Below, one piece after another: positions 43,140 to 50,666 of a stretch of 64,000 bases of DNA. The notes under the pieces are model-generated. The model had not been told where the DNA came from and made no database searches. It saw nothing but the letters and a program-made list of their open reading frames with translations. Numbering within the stretch: position 1 is the stretch's first letter; every line of letters starts with the position of its first letter. The stretch comes from an uncultured Lachnospiraceae bacterium (GTDB lineage: Bacteria > Bacillota > Clostridia > Lachnospirales > Lachnospiraceae), in contig CANTEW010000009.1 of NCBI GenBank assembly GCA_947652925.1, positions 206 to 64,205 on the forward strand. Reading direction: 5' to 3'. Made by a program: the position numbers and the translations under genes.

Positions 43140-45422
43140 ATGAGAGTGAGAAAGATCATGAGCATCGTCCTGGCGGCGGTCTTATCCCTGGGGATCCTGG
43201 CGGGATGCGGGCAGGCCGGGGGCGGAAACGAGGATGAAAAAGGAAGCGGGGATACCGATACTGCAAAGGGCAGGTATCTGGAAACGGATATCCAGCTTCT
43301 GGAAAATACATCTGTCTATAGTATGGTAAAACTGGAAGATGGGACTATACGGATCGCCTCCAGAGACCAAGAGGGGCGGCAATCCGTATGGGATCTTAAA
43401 GAAGACGGGAGTACATGGGAGAAGGTCTATGATATGCCCGGGGAATGGAAGCAGACAGATACTTTTTTTGTGACCCATGTGAGTCTGTCGCCCAAGGGGG
43501 ACGCCTTTGCCGTCACCAGCCAGCCTGCGGGCCAGAGCCAGGAGGCGGATGGAGATATGCTGGAGGCGCCGCAGATGGAGGATCATTACTATCATCTGGA
43601 CGGGAAGGGAAAAGCCACGGAAGTACCTCTGCAGGTGAAAGAGTATCCATATTTTATGCAGTATACAAAAGACGGGGAACTTGTGGCACAGTTCCAGAAT
43701 ACCCCGGTCAGCGTCGTTGATATGGAGACGGGAGAGCTGACAGACAAAGTTTCCGGCGCGGAGGATACAGTGTATTTTGGGATAGCTGGAGATACGATCT
43801 ATACGGTGGACCATGACGGGCAGATCCTTCCTTTTGACCTGCACACAGGCGAGCCTCTGGCTAAGGATGAGAATCTCTCGGATACGATCACCCAGAGCGG
43901 GGTGGGATTGGATCTTCACACTCTGCAGACTATGCCATTGCTCTTCGCAGGAGGAAAAGAAGAGCAGGAGGTCTTCTACTGCACCAGCAAAGGTCTGTAC
44001 CGCCATATCAAGGACGGGGATGTGACGGAACTTGTGATCGATGGTTCCTTGAATTCATTGGGAAACCCGGATACGGGGCTGATCAGTCTGGAGGCAACGG
44101 ACAATGATGAGTTTTATATATTGGGTGTGGATTCCCAGTCAAGTAAGCTCCTGCACTATACTTACTCTAAAGATACGGCCACTGTGCCGGAGACAGAGCT
44201 GAAAGCCTGGGCTTTGTATGATAACAGCGAGTTGATACAGAACATATCCCAATACCAGAAAGAAAACACAGACGTCTATGTGGATCTGGAGGTGGGTGTG
44301 ACAGAGGAAAACGGAGTGACCGCATCAGATGCCCTGAAAAATCTGGGTACGGAGATCATGGCGGGAAATGGCCCGGATGTGCTGGTCCTGGACGGTCTGC
44401 CTGTGGATCACTATGTGGAAAAGGGACTCTTGGAAGATCTGAGCAATGTGGCCCAGGATGCGGAAGATCTCTTTACTAATCTGGTATCCGCCATGGAAAG
44501 AGACGGCAAGATCTACGGGATACCCCTGCGCTTCTCCATCCCGCTCGTGGAAGCAGATGTCCAGTCCCTGGAAAAGATCCAGGATCTTAGATCTCTGGCA
44601 GATACGGCGGAAGGATTGAAAGCTTCAGACCCGGACAAGTATGTTTGCGATCCTTATTATGACGGCACCATGGTAGCAGCCCAGCTCTACGATGCATGTT
44701 CGGCGGCATGGGTGAAGGAAGATGGGAGTATCGATACGGAGTCCCTGCAAGGATTTTATACACAGTTGGCCAGGATCTACGATCCTGAAGGGTTTGTCGA
44801 TGTAGATGTTTATGCGTTTGGGGAAGGTTATCAGAAATATACGAGTTCTATCGGCGGCGACCTTCTGCAGATGTACTGTGACAGATCTGCATTAAATTTT
44901 GGGAATATCTGGTCGGATGCAGAGCTTGCTCAGCTCGCCACTACGCTGGCGGATAAAGGAGGGATCGGCTATAAGCCTTTGACCGGGCAGGCGGCCCATA
45001 CTTTTTTGCCGAAGCTGATGACAGGGGTCAGCAGTAAGAGCAAGGCCAAGGAGGAGGCCAAAGAGTTCGTACGATTCCTCCTTACTGAAAAGGCGCAGAC
45101 AGCAAACCAGGGAGGAGGCCTCCCTGTGAATGAGAGGGCTCTCCAGTCCCAGATGGACCGTATACAGGAAGGCACCACGATTGGGAGCGGCATGTCTAAC
45201 GATCCGGACAGTTATGTGGAGATGACGATCAAAAAACCCAGCCCGGAGGCGGTGGGACAGTTTATCTCTTACGTCAAAGAGGCAGATACCCCGGCGCTGA
45301 CTGATGAGATCATCCGGGATGCAGTCCTCTCCCAGGCCGGGGACTGTCTGGACGGGAAGATCACACCAGAGGAGGCGGCGCAGGCGGTGAGGGATAAAGT
45401 GGACCTGTACCTGGCGGAATGA
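43140..45422 (+). CDS. Lipoprotein: family-1 extracellular solute-binding protein with a ~330-aa extra N-terminal domain
   Basis: It has a signal peptide with a lipobox (LGILAGC). Residues ~350-760 look like an ABC sugar-type SBP (GPDVLVLDGLP...). The N-terminal third is unassigned. Confidence 0.75.
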   Translation: MRVRKIMSIVLAAVLSLGILAGCGQAGGGNEDEKGSGDTDTAKGRYLETDIQLLENTSVYSMVKLEDGTIRIASRDQEGRQSVWDLKEDGSTWEKVYDMPGEWKQTDTFFVTHVSLSPKGDAFAVTSQPAGQSQEADGDMLEAPQMEDHYYHLDGKGKATEVPLQVKEYPYFMQYTKDGELVAQFQNTPVSVVDMETGELTDKVSGAEDTVYFGIAGDTIYTVDHDGQILPFDLHTGEPLAKDENLSDTITQSGVGLDLHTLQTMPLLFAGGKEEQEVFYCTSKGLYRHIKDGDVTELVIDGSLNSLGNPDTGLISLEATDNDEFYILGVDSQSSKLLHYTYSKDTATVPETELKAWALYDNSELIQNISQYQKENTDVYVDLEVGVTEENGVTASDALKNLGTEIMAGNGPDVLVLDGLPVDHYVEKGLLEDLSNVAQDAEDLFTNLVSAMERDGKIYGIPLRFSIPLVEADVQSLEKIQDLRSLADTAEGLKASDPDKYVCDPYYDGTMVAAQLYDACSAAWVKEDGSIDTESLQGFYTQLARIYDPEGFVDVDVYAFGEGYQKYTSSIGGDLLQMYCDRSALNFGNIWSDAELAQLATTLADKGGIGYKPLTGQAAHTFLPKLMTGVSSKSKAKEEAKEFVRFLLTEKAQTANQGGGLPVNERALQSQMDRIQEGTTIGSGMSNDPDSYVEMTIKKPSPEAVGQFISYVKEADTPALTDEIIRDAVLSQAGDCLDGKITPEEAAQAVRDKVDLYLAE

Positions 45423-46267
45423 TCGAGAGAAAGAAGATCCCCAGGGGGCAGACAGGATTCCTCTTCGTCCTGCCCAGTCTTGTGGGTGTTACACTGTTTA
45501 TCCTGATCCCGTTTGTAGATGTGGTGCGCCGCTCCTTTGTAGGAGCGGCCAGCGGGATCTGGGTGGGGCTGGCTAATTACCAGACAGTTTTTTCAAATAG
45601 GGCATTTAGACTGGCGGCGGGGAACACGCTGCGATTTGAGGGGGTCTGTATCCCTTTGCTCCTGGTCTTGTCCCTGGCGGCGGCTCTGCTCCTGGACTCA
45701 TTGAAGGATCATGTACAGTTCTTTAAGGGATGTTTTCTGATCCCGATGGCGATCCCCGTGGCTTCGGCGGTATTATTGTGGAAGGTCTTATTCCATGAGC
45801 GGGGGCTGCTCAGCGGACTTATGCATATGCTGCACCTGCCGGAGGCAGACTGGATGGGTACGTCCTGGGCGTTCTGGATACTGGTCGTCAGTTATATATG
45901 GAAAAATCTGGGGTATGATATGGTCTTGTGGCTGGCGGGGCTTTCCGGTATCTCACCCAGTCTCTATGAAGCGGCACAGGTGGACGGGGCCGGGAGAGGA
46001 CAGTGTTTTATCTACATCACGCTGCCCGGGCTCCTCCCTTCCCTGTTCACGATCTCAGTATTATCTGTCTTAAACTCTTTTAAAGTGTTCCGGGAGGCTT
46101 ATCTGGTGGCGGGGGATTATCCCCATGAGAGTATGTATCTGCTCCAGCATCTGTTCAATAATTGGTACAGGGATCTGTCCATGGATAAGATGGCGGCCGG
46201 AGCAGTGGTCCATGCGGGGGCGATCTTTCTGCTGGTGTTGTTTTTACAGCGTAAATGGGAGGGATGA
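45419..46267 (+). CDS. ABC importer permease (MalF/UgpA-like)
   Basis: 282 aa with 6 TM segments and the EAA loop YEAAQVDGAGRGQCFIYITLPGL. Confidence 0.85.
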   Translation: MIERKKIPRGQTGFLFVLPSLVGVTLFILIPFVDVVRRSFVGAASGIWVGLANYQTVFSNRAFRLAAGNTLRFEGVCIPLLLVLSLAAALLLDSLKDHVQFFKGCFLIPMAIPVASAVLLWKVLFHERGLLSGLMHMLHLPEADWMGTSWAFWILVVSYIWKNLGYDMVLWLAGLSGISPSLYEAAQVDGAGRGQCFIYITLPGLLPSLFTISVLSVLNSFKVFREAYLVAGDYPHESMYLLQHLFNNWYRDLSMDKMAAGAVVHAGAIFLLVLFLQRKWEG

Positions 46268-46270
46268 GTA

Positions 46271-47113
46271 GTGATATGGAAGAAGATGGTCATGTTCCCG
46301 TTGGCTCTGCTGGCTTTTGCGGCAGTCTATCCCATCTGTTTTCTGCTGGCAGGCTCGCTGATGGGGAGCGGGGAGATCAAGGAGAGCCTGGGGGCGGCTC
46401 TGGGCGGCTCAGCCGGGTATGTGCAGATCCCCTGGCTGCCCCGGTATCCAACGCTTGTGTCTTATGTGGAGCTCCTCTTGGATTCCCCGGAGTTTTTTGT
46501 GATGTTCTGGAATTCGGTGAAGCTCGTGGCGGGGATCTTGCTGGGGCAGTTGGCGTTCGGCGTCCCGGCCGCCTGGGGATTTGCCAAAGGGACATTTCCC
46601 TTTCGGAAAGCGCTGTTCACTGTCTATATCCTGTTGATGATGATGCCTTTTCAGGTCCTGATGCTGTCGGATCACCTGCTCCTGGACAGGCTGCATCTGC
46701 TGGACACGCATATGGGACTGATACTATTGTCGGTGTTTTCTACGTTTCCTGTGTTTATCATGTACCGTTTTTTTGACGGCGTACCGGATGCTCTGGTGGA
46801 AGCGGCCAGGCTGGACGGAGCCTCCCAGTGGCAGATATTTTTCTATGTGGGTCTCCCTCTGGGATCGCCGGGGGTGATCTCTGCCATGGTGCTGGGTTTT
46901 CTGGAATATTGGAACTTGATGGAACCGCCGATGACATTTTTGAAAAGTAAAGAGCTGTGGCCCCTATCTCTGTATCTGCCTGCTATCGGGCTGGACAGGG
47001 CGAAAGTGGCGTTCGCCGCGTCTGTGCTGGCTCTGATACCGGCCATCTTCGTATTTTTGGCGGGACAGGACCATCTGGAAAAAGGGATCGCGGCGGCAGC
47101 GGTAAAGGAGTAG
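46271..47113 (+). CDS. ABC importer permease (MalG/UgpE-like)
   Basis: 280 aa with the EAA loop VEAARLDGASQWQIFFYVGLPLG. Confidence 0.85.
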   Translation: MIWKKMVMFPLALLAFAAVYPICFLLAGSLMGSGEIKESLGAALGGSAGYVQIPWLPRYPTLVSYVELLLDSPEFFVMFWNSVKLVAGILLGQLAFGVPAAWGFAKGTFPFRKALFTVYILLMMMPFQVLMLSDHLLLDRLHLLDTHMGLILLSVFSTFPVFIMYRFFDGVPDALVEAARLDGASQWQIFFYVGLPLGSPGVISAMVLGFLEYWNLMEPPMTFLKSKELWPLSLYLPAIGLDRAKVAFAASVLALIPAIFVFLAGQDHLEKGIAAAAVKE

Positions 47114-47115
47114 AT

Positions 47116-48444
47116 ATGAAAGGGAAAAAGATGCTGCGGTCACTTGCCATCTTCCTGGTATTTATGCTGGTCTGTACCATGCTCTCACGGGCATCCAGTA
47201 CATTGACCACAGCCCTGGTGCAGACGGTGTCGCCGGGGAAGATGGTGATCGTCCACAAAGTCACGGCCGTGGGAAAGATACAGGAGGAGCGGGAACTGGC
47301 CGTGTCTGCACAAGCCGGGCAGAAGATCGCGCAGATATCCGTCAGGGAGGGGGAGCGGGTCGCCCCCGGGGATCTGCTCCTGCAGATAGATATGGATATG
47401 TTGAGAGAACAGATCGCGTCCAGAAGGCAGGAATTGAAAAAGATAGGGTTGGAGAGGGCGGGACTGGCGGCATCGATGGGGATAGAAGACCAAAAGAAGG
47501 GGCTGGCGATCCGCCGCGCCCAGGAGGACTGCGCCCAGGCCGCAGCTCAAGGCGACCGGGCTGTGGCGCGGGCGGCTGAGGAGTGGGACCGGGCTGTGGC
47601 AGAACTCAATGGATACCGTCAGACGGCGGAGATCCTGGATGAGCAGGAGGATGTTCTGGCAGGAGCAGTGGATACAGCGCAGAAAGCTTATGAAGACGCT
47701 CTTGCTGCCAGAGAAGAAGGCATCCGGAGCGCGGACAGGGCTCTGGAAGATGCTCTTTTGGAAGGAACGCCGGATTCCACGATCCAGTTAAAAGAAATAG
47801 AAGCTAAGAGCATCCGCAGGCAGTTAGACAAGCTGAAGAAGATCCAGCGGACAGGAGGGGAGATATGTGCGCCCATTAAAGGGACAGTGACTCGGATACA
47901 AGTATCCGTGGGGGAACTGACGGCAGAGACCCCGCTCCTTTTCCTGGCGGATCTGGATGCAGGCTGCAGGTTCACAGCCCAGGTGGAAAAGAGCCAGGAA
48001 GAGTATCTGGTGCAAGGTACGCCGGTGACACTGACCAACGGACAGAAGAAACAGACGGTCAGGGATCTGAAGATCGATCTGGTCAGAGTAAATGGGGAAG
48101 ACCCTGCGCTCCTGGATGTGTGCGTCCGTCTCCCGGCGGATGTCCTGGAGATCGGGGACAGCGCGGAAATGACCGTGGAACAAAGATCGGGCACTTATGA
48201 TACATGTATCCCTATCCAGGCGCTCCACCAAGCAAACGGGATGTATTTTGTCTATGTGATCCAGAAAGAGGAGACGATCCTGGGGGAACAGCTCACGGCA
48301 AGGAGGGTGGATGTGACTGTACAAGAGCAGAATGAGATTTATGCGGCCCTGGACGACGGATGTCTGTCTAACAGTCAGAAAGTGATCCGGGATGCCAGCA
48401 AGACCATCGACGAGGGCAGCCCGGTGCGGCTGGAAGAGCCATGA
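47116..48444 (+). CDS. HlyD/MFP-like periplasmic adaptor protein
   Basis: ATG 47116 lies 2 nt after the permease stop. It has an N-terminal TM segment, a lipoyl-like segment (GQKIAQISVREGERVAPGDLLLQID), a long Ala/Glu/Arg coiled coil and a C-terminal beta domain. Confidence 0.65.
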   Translation: MKGKKMLRSLAIFLVFMLVCTMLSRASSTLTTALVQTVSPGKMVIVHKVTAVGKIQEERELAVSAQAGQKIAQISVREGERVAPGDLLLQIDMDMLREQIASRRQELKKIGLERAGLAASMGIEDQKKGLAIRRAQEDCAQAAAQGDRAVARAAEEWDRAVAELNGYRQTAEILDEQEDVLAGAVDTAQKAYEDALAAREEGIRSADRALEDALLEGTPDSTIQLKEIEAKSIRRQLDKLKKIQRTGGEICAPIKGTVTRIQVSVGELTAETPLLFLADLDAGCRFTAQVEKSQEEYLVQGTPVTLTNGQKKQTVRDLKIDLVRVNGEDPALLDVCVRLPADVLEIGDSAEMTVEQRSGTYDTCIPIQALHQANGMYFVYVIQKEETILGEQLTARRVDVTVQEQNEIYAALDDGCLSNSQKVIRDASKTIDEGSPVRLEEP

Positions 48445-49424
48445 GCCGGCGCAAGATACGCAGGCTCCTTAAACCGGCTTTGCTGCTGATCGGGATCCTT
48501 TTTTATCATATCGCGCTATATCAATATTGTACCTTGCGTCAATATCCGGCTGTATATCAGGTAGTCTGTGAAGGAGAACATGCGGCCCTGACCCGGGAGG
48601 ACTATGGACAGATCTGTGAGACGCAGGAGAAAGAGGAGTCTGCGCTCTGCTATGCCTTTTGGGGAAAAACAGAGGGCGCGGATGTGGAGGAGGTCCAGTG
48701 GGGACGCCGTTCTCGCGTGCGTGTGTACAGAGTGCGGGGAAGGATGGATATGCTCTTCCATGGATATGTGGATCTGCAGGATACAGATCTGCAGGGATGT
48801 TATCTGGATGCTGAGACGGCCCGGGAACTCTTCGGCAGTACAGAGGTGATCGGCAGTGAGATCTCCTGCGCGGGGCGGCAGTTTACCATACGGGGGATCC
48901 TGGAAGGTGAAAAAAGTCTGCTGGCCATCCGTCCGGAGGAGGGAGAGACGACGGACCGGATCGCTTTAGGGAAGGATGGTAAGGAGCAGATAACGGGAGC
49001 CGAGGTGGATGCTTTCCTGCTGCGCTATGGTATCTCAGGGACAGCAGTACACGCCCTGTTCCTCAGGGATATCCTGCAGATCTTCTTGCTGCTGTTCCCG
49101 GTGGGTCTGAGTATCAGTCTTTTTGGGGACCTGAGAGGGTGGAGTCCGGAGGGCATCCGTTGGGCTGTGCTTATCTTGATGTTCTGGATGCTCCTGCGGC
49201 AGATAGAGATCCCGGAAAGGATGATCCCGGATAAATGGTCGGATCTTCAATTTTGGAGAGACCAGTGGGAGTCTGCCAGGGATAACATTGCGGCATTTGT
49301 GAGACAGGAGAAGACAGGAAAAGAACTGGATCAGCTCATCTGTTTTCTGAAGGGAGCTGTGTGCGCAGTGATCTCTGTTACAGTCTGGCAGATACCGATG
49401 GGAGGGAGGTCCGTACATAAATGA
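48441..49424 (+). CDS. Membrane protein with FtsX/MacB-like topology (TM - ~190-aa outside domain - 3 TM), divergent
   Basis: The outside domain has GCYLDAETARELFGSTEVIGSEISCAGRQFTIRGIL, which resembles MacB periplasmic-core-domain sequences. There are three C-terminal hydrophobic segments. The family assignment is tentative. Confidence 0.4.
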   Translation: MSRRKIRRLLKPALLLIGILFYHIALYQYCTLRQYPAVYQVVCEGEHAALTREDYGQICETQEKEESALCYAFWGKTEGADVEEVQWGRRSRVRVYRVRGRMDMLFHGYVDLQDTDLQGCYLDAETARELFGSTEVIGSEISCAGRQFTIRGILEGEKSLLAIRPEEGETTDRIALGKDGKEQITGAEVDAFLLRYGISGTAVHALFLRDILQIFLLLFPVGLSISLFGDLRGWSPEGIRWAVLILMFWMLLRQIEIPERMIPDKWSDLQFWRDQWESARDNIAAFVRQEKTGKELDQLICFLKGAVCAVISVTVWQIPMGGRSVHK

Positions 49425-49588
49425 TCCGGTATACCAGACGAAAACGCCGTAAGATATGGATATTTTTATGTTGTTTTTTATGATGCTGCCGTTTGTTCTT
49501 GGATCTGTATCATATGTATTGGATGATACAGGGCATCATAGGGCCAGCGAAAAAATGGGTGGGAACTCATCCTCGTGGACCGTGATGA

Positions 49589-49755
49589 CTAGTGTAGCGA
49601 CAAGTTGACTTCTGTAATAAAGCGTGCCGGATATTTTGTCACTCTGCAAGGCGGAGGAATGAGGCGTAGCGGTGGCTACGGCGATTGACGACAACGCAGC
49701 AGATGGCAAAATAGGCGGTGGGATTGATATAGAAGTCAGCTTGTTGATACACTAG
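49589..49755 (+). mobile_element. Second MITE-like element (167 bp) with different 25-bp inverted ends but the same core palindrome
   Basis: CTAGTGTAGCGACAAGTTGACTTCT (49589-49613) versus AGAAGTCAGCTTGTTGATACACTAG (49731-49755) gives a 22/25 inverted match. The core GAATGAGGCGTAGCGGTGGCTACGGCGATTGA resembles GAATGAAGGCGGCGTAGCGGGCTACGGCAACTGA of 42641..42803. Confidence 0.65.
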
Positions 49756-49885
49756 TCCGACGCAGCCCGGGCGGAGGGCCAGGAGCTGTTTGTGGCGGCG
49801 GGAGAAATATACAGACATGTGATCTGTCTGGAGGAATATATTGATCTGATATTCGATCAAAAAAGAAAGGAAGAAGGATAGGAAA

Positions 49886-50512
49886 ATGATCTTGATGGCC
49901 TTGGTCCCGATCGGTCTGACGACCGTACCGGTGATGATATATCAAGTACGATCGGCAATGTGCAGGAGAAGATCCTCACTGGTACATTATATATGGACAT
50001 ACGTGATGATGATCTATATCTGGCTTGTCTTTTCAGTGGCAGGTATAGGTTCCGTATGGGATATCTTTTCAAGAGGGGGACTGATCGGTATGTTGCAACA
50101 GGCGGATATCAATCTTCTCCCTTTTCAGTCAGAGGGGATATTTACTTATTGTATGAATGTGATCATGTTCATGCCTTTGGGATCTTTACTGCCGTTTATT
50201 TGGAAAGAGTACAGGGAGCTTTGGAAAATAGTTTTGGCAGGAGCCATATTTTCTCTGTTCATCGAACTCGCACAATTGCCCACGAACCGTCTGGCGGATG
50301 TTGACGACTTATTGATGAACACGTTGGGGGCGGTTTTGGGCTTTGCGGTCTGGAAGCTCGTTGGCAGGTATTTTTTCAGGAAGAGAGAGGGGGAGCGCAC
50401 CAGGTCTTTAGGGAGGTTTGAAGCGGTGATCTATCTGTTTTTGGCTTGCGCATGTAATTTTTTATTGTATGATCAGACTTGGTTTTGGAATGTACTCATC
50501 TGTTATCTGTAA
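49886..50512 (+). CDS. VanZ-family membrane protein
   Basis: 208 aa. FIELAQLPTNRLADVDDLLMNTLGAVLGF matches the VanZ-like signature. Confidence 0.7.
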   Translation: MILMALVPIGLTTVPVMIYQVRSAMCRRRSSLVHYIWTYVMMIYIWLVFSVAGIGSVWDIFSRGGLIGMLQQADINLLPFQSEGIFTYCMNVIMFMPLGSLLPFIWKEYRELWKIVLAGAIFSLFIELAQLPTNRLADVDDLLMNTLGAVLGFAVWKLVGRYFFRKREGERTRSLGRFEAVIYLFLACACNFLLYDQTWFWNVLICYL

Positions 50513-50576
50513 ATCCCTTGTACTGGTCTGCTTTTCCAAAAATTAGTGGATCAGGCTTGTGAGAGTTGTACACCTA

Positions 50577-50605
50577 TTGACAAAACAGAATGATCATAAT
50601 ATATT
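50577..50605 (+). promoter_or_regulatory. Sigma-A-type promoter upstream of the LRR surface-protein gene
   Basis: TTGACA (50577-50582), a 17-nt spacer, then TATATT (50600-50605). Confidence 0.45.
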
Positions 50606-50666
50606 ATGAAGATAGGTTATGTCAATATAAAGTTTTTTCTGATCAAAAATTAGGAGGTCACAAGTA

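Noticed and set aside
49639-49860. ORF 49639..49860 (-), and a 46-codon ORF at 49468..49608 (+).
   Set aside because: Both are largely composed of the second MITE-like element or run into its inverted end. Neither has a Shine-Dalgarno sequence.
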